Assembly: GCA_047947115.1 (NCBI GenBank)
Contig: CP170459.1
Location: forward strand, 1,408,001-1,472,000
Direction: 5' to 3'
DNA from: Verrucomicrobiota bacterium
GTDB lineage: Bacteria > Verrucomicrobiota > Verrucomicrobiia > Limisphaerales > AAA164-E04
DNA length: 64,000 bases
Shown here: in pieces, positions 29,248 to 38,157 of the stretch
Position numbering within the stretch: position 1 is the first letter of the stretch
How the letters are laid out: each line of letters begins with the position of its first letter
Position numbers and translations under genes: made by a program
The notes under the pieces: model-generated
Seen by the model: only the letters and a program-made list of their open reading frames with translations
Told to the model about the DNA's origin: nothing
Database searches by the model: none

Positions 29248-29813
29248 GCAGCGTATTCGATGGAATGATCTTTGACTGTGACGGAACTCTCATCGACTCC
29301 ATGCCTGCCCACTGGCTTGCATGGAAAGATGTGACAGAGCGGCATGGTTTGAATTTTCCTGAGGATCGATTTTATGCATTGGGAGGTGTGCCTTCCTGGC
29401 AGATCATTGAGATGCTGAGCAAGGAACAGGGGATCGAAGTGGACGCGCATGCAGTCGCACACGAAAAGGAAGAAGCCTACATTCCGCATATGGACAAGGT
29501 GGTCCCTATCGATTGTGTGATGGACATTGTGCGCAAAAATCATGGACGCATCCCGATGGCCGTTGCCACAGGGGGTGTGCATGAAATCATTGATCCCTTA
29601 TTGGAAAAATTGGGACTGTCCTCCTATTTCGAAACAATTGTCACCAGTCAGGACGTCCAACATCAAAAACCAGCTCCGGATATCTTTCTGGAAGCGGCGC
29701 GGCGTATCGGAGTCGATCCTTCAAAATGCCGTGCCTACGAGGATACCGACCTGGGCATGCAGGCCATTCGAGCAGCAGGAATGGATGCCGTGGATATACG
29801 TCTGATGCTCTAG
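29244..29813 (+). CDS. HAD-family sugar phosphatase (YqaB-like)
   Basis: IFDCDGTLIDS, KPAPDIF, YEDTDLG. Confidence 0.88.
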   Translation: MSSVFDGMIFDCDGTLIDSMPAHWLAWKDVTERHGLNFPEDRFYALGGVPSWQIIEMLSKEQGIEVDAHAVAHEKEEAYIPHMDKVVPIDCVMDIVRKNHGRIPMAVATGGVHEIIDPLLEKLGLSSYFETIVTSQDVQHQKPAPDIFLEAARRIGVDPSKCRAYEDTDLGMQAIRAAGMDAVDIRLML

Positions 29814-29850
29814 GCACCCAATAAATTGCCCTTCATTGCTGACGCAAATC

Positions 29851-30044
29851 TGGTGTGCGGTGTGCAGCACCACTCCGGATACCCCAGACAAACGTTTTAG
29901 TATTCTTGTGCCAGATTGCTCCCGCGTATCCTTGTAAAGCCGTCCAAGGTGGCAGTTCAGGCACCGGGAGCTTGGACGGGGAATGCGTATGCGGACAATA
30001 CCCGGAGCGGGTCCGATGCATCGGAACACGCAGTCCAGAGGTGC
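29851..30044. repeat. Inverted pair of TGGAGTGCGG-type REP-like palindromes
   Basis: TGGTGTGCGGTG-TGCAG-CACCACTCCGG (29851-29878) and CCGGAGCGGG...CGCAGTCCAGAGGTGC (30002-30044); the right arm matches 33383-33419. Confidence 0.6.
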
Positions 30045-30045
30045 T

Positions 30046-31383
30046 TTACCCTTCTGCAGGTTTCTCTGCCATCGCCGGTTGATTTTCACCCACCGGTTGC
30101 TTCCAAACATAGCGGAACATCAAGGTCCGTAATGCCGCTGTTAAAGGGATGGCCAACACGCCTCCGATAATCCCACCCATCAGAGTGGTGCCGATCATGA
30201 TGGCGATGATGACCGTCAATGGATGCATTCCGACCCGGTCGCCGATGATCTTGGGAGAAATGACCAGGCCCTCGGCCATCTGAACAAGAATGAAAATACC
30301 AAGCGTGCCCGCCGGATGAAGCCAACTGTCGGACTGGACAATGGAAATGGCCATGGCGGGAACAATGCTCAACATCACTCCCAGATAGGGCACTATACCC
30401 AGCACCCCGGCAATAAAACCGAGCAGCACGGCATACTTCAACTTGATGATGGAGAATCCAATCATCAACAAACCACCGACACACATCGCCACCAAAACTT
30501 GTCCCCGAAAAAATACAATCAGAGCATCGTTGATGGATCGAAGCACAAACACAATCTCATCCTTGATCCAGGATTCATGCACCGGCAGGTAACGTGTCCA
30601 ATTGTCTTTGATGCCTGATTTCTCGGAGAGGAAATAAAAGACGTAAACCGGCACCAATGCAAAACCCGCCAACATCCCGAAAATGGACGCCATGTTTTCT
30701 ATTTTGGCGCGTGCCCATAGCCCCATGCTGCGTACGCCTTTCCATGCTGCGTTGACAAAATCGCCAATCTGATCCGCATTCAAATCCAATCCCTTACCCT
30801 GGGATTCATCCACGGAAGGTTTTGTTGTTTCAGGGGAAGCTGTGCTGGTATTGGGAGTGGTGGAGTTGACAACCGGTGGCGACGCCTGGGCCACTTGATT
30901 GGTCTGAGTTGTCTCTGCTGTTTCAGTTTGATTGGTGCGATTCAACCAGGGAAGGTAACCCTTTACTGCGTCTGGCAGGTAATTCTCCAGTGAATGGTCC
31001 TTGCTCCAATCATTGTACTTCTTGATGATGCTGCTTTTGTATCCAGGAACTGCTGAGGCCAGAGATTTGGTGTCTTTAATCAAGAGCGGAACAAAAGTTG
31101 CGAAGAAGCCGGCCTGAAGTAACACGGCGAGGGCAAATACACTGACGATGGCCCAGGGCCTTTTGAGTCGTTTGTTCTCAAACCAATCCACCACGGGATC
31201 CAGCAGATAGGCGATGATGCCCGCCACCGCGAGGGGAAGCAGCACGGAGGAGAGTTGATTGGCCAACCAGCCGATGCCTGCAAAGATGGCGCTGATCAGG
31301 CCGAGAATGACCGCAATGGCCAGTCCGGTGACCGCTGTCCACAGAATCTTCGATTGTTGTTCGCTGGGGCCTTTGAGTTCCAT
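30046..31383 (-). CDS. AI-2E family transporter with a T/S/N-rich insertion
   Basis: AYLLDPVV, FRGQ, VPYLG, QMAEG..ISPKIIG, LAIP. Confidence 0.88.
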   Translation of the reverse strand: MELKGPSEQQSKILWTAVTGLAIAVILGLISAIFAGIGWLANQLSSVLLPLAVAGIIAYLLDPVVDWFENKRLKRPWAIVSVFALAVLLQAGFFATFVPLLIKDTKSLASAVPGYKSSIIKKYNDWSKDHSLENYLPDAVKGYLPWLNRTNQTETAETTQTNQVAQASPPVVNSTTPNTSTASPETTKPSVDESQGKGLDLNADQIGDFVNAAWKGVRSMGLWARAKIENMASIFGMLAGFALVPVYVFYFLSEKSGIKDNWTRYLPVHESWIKDEIVFVLRSINDALIVFFRGQVLVAMCVGGLLMIGFSIIKLKYAVLLGFIAGVLGIVPYLGVMLSIVPAMAISIVQSDSWLHPAGTLGIFILVQMAEGLVISPKIIGDRVGMHPLTVIIAIMIGTTLMGGIIGGVLAIPLTAALRTLMFRYVWKQPVGENQPAMAEKPAEG

Positions 31384-31387
31384 TCAA

Positions 31388-32233
31388 TTATCCCAATGGT
31401 TTCAGACGTTTCGGTTTGGAACGTCGTCCGAGTTTTCGTGATTTGGCCGCCGCCGCGCGTACTGCGTTCATGACCGTGGCCCGCATCGCGCCTTTCTCCA
31501 GCTCGTGAACACCATCAATGGTGGTGCCGCCCGGGCTGGTGACCATGTCCTTTAACACACCAGGATGGCTTCCTGTTTCAAGAACCATCTTCGCGGCGCC
31601 CAAAACTGTTTGAGCGGCCAACTGCGTCGCCATGTCACGGGGCAATCCCGCCGACACGCCTCCGTCGCTGAGTGCTTCGATGAATTGATACACATAAGCG
31701 GGTCCACTGCCGCTCAGCCCGGTCACGGCATCCAGTAGTTTCTCGGGAACCTGCCTGGCAATGCCGATGGCGCTGAGCAGCGAAGCGGTCAGTTCCGCAT
31801 CCGATTCGCTGGCGTACTCGCCCAATGAGAACCCACTAGCCGAGGCTCCAACCAGCGCGGGTGTGTTGGGCATGACCCGGATGATGCGGGCTCCGGCAGG
31901 AAGGTGTGTGGCCATTTGGTCCAGCGATATTCCTGCCGCTATGGAAATCAACAATTGCGCTTCTCTCCAATAAGGATGAATCATCGAGAGCGCATCCTCG
32001 ACCTTGTCAGGTTTGACCGCGAGAAAGATGAGGTCGGAAGCGGTAGCCACCTCGGTATTGCTATCCGTGGTCTTGCCACCGGTCGCTTCGGCAAAAGCAT
32101 CGCGCGCCTGCGGAAACGGGTCGCTGGCGATCAGGTTCTCGGGCCTCAATTTGCCCTGTTTCACAAAACCCGCAGCCAGGGCAGAAGCCATTTTACCTGC
32201 CCCGATAAATCCAATTTTCAAATCTTCACTCAT
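31388..32233 (-). CDS. proC: Pyrroline-5-carboxylate reductase
   Basis: FIGAGKMA, RVMPNTP, TGLSGSGPAY, VTSPGGTT. Confidence 0.96.
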   Translation of the reverse strand: MSEDLKIGFIGAGKMASALAAGFVKQGKLRPENLIASDPFPQARDAFAEATGGKTTDSNTEVATASDLIFLAVKPDKVEDALSMIHPYWREAQLLISIAAGISLDQMATHLPAGARIIRVMPNTPALVGASASGFSLGEYASESDAELTASLLSAIGIARQVPEKLLDAVTGLSGSGPAYVYQFIEALSDGGVSAGLPRDMATQLAAQTVLGAAKMVLETGSHPGVLKDMVTSPGGTTIDGVHELEKGAMRATVMNAVRAAAAKSRKLGRRSKPKRLKPLG

Positions 32234-32346
32234 AAGTCCTCAACATCAACTCAGGAAAGTGTGACACAGACCTCGCCTGAAACGCGGGTCATGGTAAGCA
32301 GTTTCCGACAAAAGGAAATTATAAAGTCGTTATCGTCTTGGAAGAC

Positions 32347-32574
32347 GGCGCAGTTCAAAAAATAGAAATCCACTATCGGAGGGCCAAGCTCCGCCTTGCA
32401 CCCACTTCAAACCTCAGTGCTTTGGAGTCCTTTTCAAGCTATAATGGAAGCACCATAGTCATCCGGATAACGTTAGTTTCACAACATAACATTTTTTGCT
32501 CAGAAACGTTTACAAGGGGAAAGTTTGGGGCGAGGTGGAACTCTCCCCTCCATTGTCTGAATAATGAACGACGC
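32347..32574 (+). repeat. ~230-bp MITE/REPIN-like element, copy 2
   Basis: GGCGCAGTTCAAAAAATAGAAATCC start; GGAGGG hairpins at 32378-32404 (+) and 32526-32551 (-); same length and ends as 1868-2096. Confidence 0.75.
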
Positions 32575-32638
32575 GGCCCCGCCCTCAGCTCGGAGTGATG
32601 GGAAAGGGCAAGGCGCCCTTTAAACCCCTGAATCTTGA

Positions 32639-33142
32639 TTACATGACCGTCCGTGTCGTTTTTGGGGGCGAGAACGGTCGTGGAAGTTCTGTGGTCGATT
32701 GGGTGCCTGGGTCCTTGGCTTTGTTTTTCTGCTTCGGAAACACAGACCGAATCATCCAGTAACTGGCGGTTCGGTGAATACTGAAAAGCGCGATGGCAAG
32801 GATGAGTGTCGCCCACTCCTTATGATCCGGGTGCATGTCAACGATCGGATAATCCCTCCATTTTGTTGTGATGATCACAAAAGAGATGAAGGCCACCAGT
32901 GCTGTGCACTCGCGAATTGATTCCGGATGGATCGGTTTTTTGCTGCGCTTCAAGTAAAAGGCAAGGTAGACACCGACCACGGAATACACTGAAGTTAGTA
33001 CCAATCTGAAAAGCCAGGGAAAATCATCCGGAAAATGGGTGGCAACCATGATGGTGACGTAACCCATGAAAAGAATCCCTGTTCCCGCCAAGATCCTTGT
33101 TAATAACACAAAAAGATGGGTAAATCGCGCAAGCAGTTTCAT
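32639..33142 (-). CDS. Hypothetical membrane protein (~4 TM)
   Basis: GGAG RBS before ATG 33142; hydrophobic segments; no recognised motif. Confidence 0.6.
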   Translation of the reverse strand: MKLLARFTHLFVLLTRILAGTGILFMGYVTIMVATHFPDDFPWLFRLVLTSVYSVVGVYLAFYLKRSKKPIHPESIRECTALVAFISFVIITTKWRDYPIVDMHPDHKEWATLILAIALFSIHRTASYWMIRSVFPKQKNKAKDPGTQSTTELPRPFSPPKTTRTVM

Positions 33143-33213
33143 GAGATTGCTCCTAAGATGTTGACAACTATAAGAGTATCTCAGACTGTTGCAACAAGAT
33201 ATCATGGTGATGA

Positions 33214-33425
33214 GGCGCGCCGTTGGAGTAAGGTGAGAGTCACCGCTTTGGTGACGGTCCGCATGCAATTGGTGGGTTCTTATTCAAATTGGGCGAACCA
33301 ACAGCCATACGGATTCGATAAACGATTTTTAAAGATGTGTGAACCACTGGGTGGAGGCTGGTGCAGCGTTTCCCTGAGGTATCCAGAGCTGTGCCGTAAT
33401 CACCGCAGTCCAAAGGTGCAGCGCC
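33214..33425. repeat. Inverted pair of TGGAGTGCGG-type REP-like palindromes
   Basis: TTGGAGTAAGGTGA-GAG-TCACCGCTTTGG (33223-33251) and CCAGAGCTGTG...CACCGCAGTCCAAAG (33383-33415). Confidence 0.6.
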
Positions 33426-33520
33426 GTTTTTTTGACCTTATTTGGGACCTGATTGGATACAACGGAGCATTCCGATTAATTTGGCCGTCATTTGACCTAC
33501 ATAAACGCTAACTAATTTCC

Positions 33521-33925
33521 ATGATCACTCTTAAACGTCCATCCCTTAAGTATGAGACCGCATTTCTTCGGTCTTTCTTTTGTTTTTGGATTTTTGTTAT
33601 CTCTTTGTCAGCCGCCCGCTACGCTCAGGCTGCCGATGTTGATCCTATTCTTTGGACTGCCAGGTGGAATCAAGATGGATCTCAGTTTGCGATTGGTGGT
33701 GTCCATTCACTTTGGGTCTTTGATTCGAATACTTTCCAAAAGAAATCCCTTTTACCCGCACCTTAGACTTGTGATGGCGACAATAAAGACATTCCCTATA
33801 TGGCTGTGACAAGAATGGACTGGCATCCAGATGGTGATAGCATTCTCACCTCCAGCATGGATGGTCGGGTGACTTTGTGGAGTGCGACTGCGCAGCTTAA
33901 GAAGGAGATTGACTTGTCTCATTAG
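33521..33925 (+). pseudogene. Secreted WD40-repeat protein remnant
   Basis: Signal peptide and WNQDGSQFAIGG; in-frame TAG at 33764, then VTRMDWHPDGDSILTSSMDGRVTLWS; ends at 33925. Confidence 0.75.
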
Positions 33926-33937
33926 GGAGGACTGACT

Positions 33938-34537
33938 TTGTCCGTTCTAACACTTGAAATGGATCAATACCTCGAATCAAGCGATAACATAGATTGGCAA
34001 ACACCTTCTGTGTTGGCCAAAGCAAAGGAACTTGCGGGGGGCTCACAGGATGATCAGGTCATTGCCAAATCTTGTTTCGAGTTTGTGCGCGATCAGATCA
34101 AGCACAGTTGGGATGATCAGTTGAATCCAGTCACGATCCAAGCTTCGGAGGTCCTGTTGCATGGTACAGGATATTGCTATGCCAAAAGCCATTTGCTTGC
34201 CGCCTTGTTGAGAGCAAACGGAATTCCGGCAGCTCTTTGCTATCAGCGCCTGACGATTGAGAATGATCGCCCCCCCTATTGTTTGCATGGACTGAATGCC
34301 GTTTACCTGAAAAAGTTTGGATGGTATCGAATTGATCCTCGTGGAAATAAAGAAGGCGTAAGAGCGGAGTTTGATCCACCAAACGAGCATCTCGCCTTCG
34401 AAATCAGAAATGAGGGTGAGCGTGATTTGGACGGATTCTACTCCGAACCGCTACCGGAAGTTGTTCAAGTTTTGAGTTCCTGCCACGATTTCAAGGAGGT
34501 TGCCGAAAACCTTCCGGATGCCAAAGGAGCGAAATGA
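33938..34537 (+). CDS. Transglutaminase-like family protein
   Basis: GYCYAKSHLLAALLRANGIPA, LHGLNAV, WYRIDPRG (Cys-His-Asp triad). Confidence 0.88.
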   Translation: MSVLTLEMDQYLESSDNIDWQTPSVLAKAKELAGGSQDDQVIAKSCFEFVRDQIKHSWDDQLNPVTIQASEVLLHGTGYCYAKSHLLAALLRANGIPAALCYQRLTIENDRPPYCLHGLNAVYLKKFGWYRIDPRGNKEGVRAEFDPPNEHLAFEIRNEGERDLDGFYSEPLPEVVQVLSSCHDFKEVAENLPDAKGAK

Positions 34538-34601
34538 AAAATCCAGAATACGATAGAACTCGCAGTTGCCGAAAGAAGAAGAGTGAGATACGTTGGGGTT
34601 C

Positions 34602-34820
34602 ATGAAAGGTGAATTTACAGCGGTTATTGAAACGGCTGAAGAGGGTGGCTTCTGGGCTTACTGTCCTGAAGTGCCCGGAGCCAACGGGCAGGGCGAGACT
34701 GTTGCTGAGGCGAAGGAAGATTTGGCGGCTGCGATCGAACTGGTGCTTCAGGACCGTCTGGAGGACAGTTTACGAGGTTTGCCTGAGGATGCTATTCGGG
34801 ACACGGTTGCGGTGGGATGA
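34602..34820 (+). CDS. hicB: HicB-family antitoxin (short, no DNA-binding domain)
   Basis: EEGGFWAYCPEVPGANGQGETVAEA. Confidence 0.88.
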   Translation: MKGEFTAVIETAEEGGFWAYCPEVPGANGQGETVAEAKEDLAAAIELVLQDRLEDSLRGLPEDAIRDTVAVG

Positions 34821-35002
34821 AGAGGGGAAGTTTACTGAAGCATCTACGGAGGCATGGATGCATTCTCAAGAGAGAGGGATTACGTCACTCCCTGTGGATG
34901 AACCCGGGAAATGGAGTTTCTGAAGCGGTGCCACGCCACACCGAGATCAAAAACTCTCTGGCTCGGAAAATTTGCCGAAAACTGAACATTCCGGACCTAT
35001 AA
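34817..35002 (+). CDS. hicA: HicA-family mRNA interferase toxin
   Basis: GCILKREGLRHSLWMNP..AVPRHTEI; ATGA overlap with hicB. Confidence 0.88.
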   Translation: MKRGSLLKHLRRHGCILKREGLRHSLWMNPGNGVSEAVPRHTEIKNSLARKICRKLNIPDL

Positions 35003-35180
35003 GTGTCAGCAAATTAAAAGAATAACCCTCAGAGTCATGTTCAACTTTATCTTTGATCCATTGGGGGATATTACATTGAGAATCACATATTAATTTATAC
35101 GGATCAACACGTTACCGTCAGGAATCTGATTAATAATATGCTCGCCACCTGCATAAATATTTGAGGGTCAATCTGCGGAT

Positions 35181-35221
35181 AAAAACCACCCCCTGAGCCA
35201 CAAAAGACTCAGGGGGTGGTT
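35181..35221 (-). terminator. Intrinsic terminator of the repeat-protein gene
   Basis: 14-bp stem AACCACCCCCTGAG/CTCAGGGGGTGGTT with a T-run on the minus strand. Confidence 0.8.
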
Positions 35222-35240
35222 GCATTGATAGATTCAAAAA

Positions 35241-37607
35241 TCAGCGGGCGATGTAGAACATGGCTGCTTCATTAGGGGAAACCGTGTAGGGCGATGTGGC
35301 TCCATCGACCGGTGCGAATGTTCCGGTAACGGTTGAAGATGCTTCGAGTGTTCCGGTGTACTCGATGGTGATGCTACCGTCTTCAGCTTTGGCGATACCG
35401 GTGATGCTTCCTGCTGCTACCGGGGGTGTGAAAGCCGCCGCTTTTTCGGCAATCTCCGCATCACTGAGTGCTCCTTCATGAACGGCCCACATATACATCA
35501 CGGAGCCGTCTCCCATGGGATCGGTGTTTTGTTCGATTCGGGCTGCCATGATTTTGCCTTCACCAAACAGATCGATGTTTGTTTCGATAAACCCGGCATA
35601 GAGCCCATTGACGTAGAGTCTTACTTCAACTTTGCCCCAGTCGTTCACGAATATTACGTGAACAGGTTCACCAAAGACCGAAGCGGTGCTGCCTGGACCG
35701 TCTTCCTGGAAGATATGATCCGCAACACCAAACTCGGTCAGTCCAAACACACCCTGTTCATTCCATTGATCGAGTTTCAGTCCCCATAAGTCGTTTCCTG
35801 CGATGGCGGTGGAAGCGCCACCTTTGACCGCACTGAATGCGAATTCGTATGTGGTGTCGTTCAGGGCAAGGCCGAAATCAACCAATGTGGGCTCCCCGAA
35901 CGCTCCTTCAGGAATCGTTGGTGTGTCGGGTGTTTCAGGTGTTTCGGGATCCGTGGGAGTTGTGGTTGGTTCCCTTGGCTCGGCGGCTGCGTAGAGATCC
36001 GCGATCTCGGATTCGCTCAGCACAGACGGATGAACAGCCCAGTAATAAAAGACGCTACCCTCTCCCATGGGATCGGTGTCCTGATTCAGGCGGGCACCCA
36101 TCATTTTGGTCGGGCCGGAAAGGGTGAAGTTTGTCAGGATATACCCTACGTATTCTCCGTTAACATGAAGCCGGACTTCTCCGTTGGTGACGTCATTGAT
36201 GAAGACCGCATGGAGATCTTCTTCAAAAACGGTTGATTCACTTCCGTTGCCCTCCAGTTCGAACACATGGTCCGCCACTCCGAATTCGGTAAGGCCGAAC
36301 TGAAGGGTGTCTGGCCATTGCTCAAGTTTGATTCCCCAGGCGTCGTTGCCGGCGATGGCTGTGGAGGCGCCCTCCTTGACTGCTTTGAAAAAGAACTCGT
36401 AGGAAACATCTCCTTCCACAGTCCCAATGTCCACTACGGTGGGCGCGGTGAAGGGGCCGGTTGGATCGAAGGGTTGGGCGGATTGGGCCATTTCAAGAAT
36501 GATTTCCTCCGAAAGGGCCGCATTATAGGTTGACCAGGAGTATAAGATACTATTGGGTCCGACAGGATCCGTGTCTTCTTCAATGCGGGCGGCCAACACC
36601 TTGCCGGGGCCAGCCAGATTGAAATTGCCTGCAAAATTGCCGCTGAGAACACCGTTGAGGTAGAGGCGGGTTTCCTGATTCGCCGAGTCGTTCACCACCA
36701 CTACATGAACATCTTCTCCAAAGATGGAAGCGACCGAAGCTTCTCCGACGGGTTCAAAAACATAATCGGCGACACCGAACACCGTGACTCCGAAAACGCC
36801 TTGTTCGTTCCATTGGTCCAACTTGATGGCTGCGGCGTCATTTCCTGCGATGGCGGTCGACGCACCGCCTTTGCTTGCATTCAAGTGAAACACATAGGTT
36901 GCATCGCCGGAAAGGGAGCCGAAATTGACGGCTGTGGGTGAGGCGGAAGCAAAGCTTGAGGATGCGATGACCGTGTTGGGATCTTCGGGTTCCGCCGGTG
37001 TGGTAGGTTCGGCGTTGGCCGCCAAATCACTGATCTCAGCTTCTGTCAGAGCTTCATCATAGGTGGCCCAGGAATATAAAATACTGCCACCTGCCATGGC
37101 GTCCCCATCCGTTGCCAGACGCGCCGCCATGAGTTTGACTTCGCCAAAGAGTTCGAAATTGCCGACGTAATAACCGGAGAGTTTTCCGTTCACGTAGAGC
37201 CGGACTTCTTCTTTTGTGAAGTCGTTGACGAATGCCACGTGTACGTCTTCTTTAAAAACGGAACCCGGTTCGCCACTGCCATCCGGTTCAAAGACATTGT
37301 CAACGACGCCAAATTCCGTCACACCGAAGAATCCGGTTTCATTCCACTGTTCGAGCTTTAAACCAAAAGCATCGTTACCCGCCACAGCGGTGGATGAGCC
37401 GCCCTTGACGGCATTGAAGAAAAAGACATAGGTGGCATCATCCGATAACTCGCCGAAATCAGCCAATGCAGGAGCGATCAAGGCTTCATTAGAGAAGGCC
37501 ACAGGATCGGCTGCACGTGTTGTCAAGGGAAGCAGGAGAATGCATATCAGAATTTGCAGATATCGCGCGTATGGGGACTGTACTCTTCTTATGTATTTCA
37601 TTAACAT
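35241..37607 (-). CDS. Secreted acidic protein with four tandem ~160-aa LamG/ConA-like repeats and a short C-terminal module
   Basis: Signal peptide; 4x KGGxSTAxAGND..KLxQW..FGxxxFGVxD..HV..VND..LYxNG; P/T-rich linkers. Confidence 0.8.
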   Translation of the reverse strand: MLMKYIRRVQSPYARYLQILICILLLPLTTRAADPVAFSNEALIAPALADFGELSDDATYVFFFNAVKGGSSTAVAGNDAFGLKLEQWNETGFFGVTEFGVVDNVFEPDGSGEPGSVFKEDVHVAFVNDFTKEEVRLYVNGKLSGYYVGNFELFGEVKLMAARLATDGDAMAGGSILYSWATYDEALTEAEISDLAANAEPTTPAEPEDPNTVIASSSFASASPTAVNFGSLSGDATYVFHLNASKGGASTAIAGNDAAAIKLDQWNEQGVFGVTVFGVADYVFEPVGEASVASIFGEDVHVVVVNDSANQETRLYLNGVLSGNFAGNFNLAGPGKVLAARIEEDTDPVGPNSILYSWSTYNAALSEEIILEMAQSAQPFDPTGPFTAPTVVDIGTVEGDVSYEFFFKAVKEGASTAIAGNDAWGIKLEQWPDTLQFGLTEFGVADHVFELEGNGSESTVFEEDLHAVFINDVTNGEVRLHVNGEYVGYILTNFTLSGPTKMMGARLNQDTDPMGEGSVFYYWAVHPSVLSESEIADLYAAAEPREPTTTPTDPETPETPDTPTIPEGAFGEPTLVDFGLALNDTTYEFAFSAVKGGASTAIAGNDLWGLKLDQWNEQGVFGLTEFGVADHIFQEDGPGSTASVFGEPVHVIFVNDWGKVEVRLYVNGLYAGFIETNIDLFGEGKIMAARIEQNTDPMGDGSVMYMWAVHEGALSDAEIAEKAAAFTPPVAAGSITGIAKAEDGSITIEYTGTLEASSTVTGTFAPVDGATSPYTVSPNEAAMFYIAR

Positions 37608-38157
37608 TCCTTTATTCTAAGTTCAGTAGCCTAACGGCCGGTTTATGTTTCCCTCATTTTTCGAAGGATGCAATTGTCATTTGACTATAAAAAACGAAGG
37701 AACGAGGGATACGAAGTGGATATCAAGCCAATGCGCTTTTTATGAGACTTCAACCCCCCTTCCTATCTGCGCAAATCTGTGTACATTTGCGGATAAGAAA
37801 CAGAGGTCCGAATCAAAGCCGGTCTTTGAGGGCTTCCAGGCTTTTTTCGGCGGCGGTGTAGGTGATTTCTGCGACGAGGTTCATGGCGTTGTCGCGAAAT
37901 TCCTTTTTAATCTTCAATTGCACGCTTCCAGAGGTATGACCCGGAACTTTTTCCAGGAGGTGCATATTTCCCACTTGCAATAAGATTTTCCCACTGCCAA
38001 ACCAACTCTTTTTGAAACGAATATCCAGGATCTCTGAAAGGGGAATTACGGCCCGTTTCACATCTGATTTGACCAGGCCAATAAATCCGTCCTTGGTCTG
38101 AAATTCCATTCTCAACTCTTCATCGACCAGGGTGAGAATACCGTTGGACTCAGTTAG

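Noticed and set aside
29833..30170. Small ORFs between the HAD phosphatase and AI-2E genes
   Set aside because: They overlap a REP-like element and show no coding features.
32340..35010. Integron cassette array (small genes, TA pair, palindromes)
   Set aside because: No RYYYAAC/GTTRRRY attC boxes recognised, mixed gene orientation, and no integrase in the window.
35241..37607. CRISPR array or DNA tandem repeat
   Set aside because: The repeats are diverged in-frame protein domains; there are no identical repeats with spacers and no cas genes.
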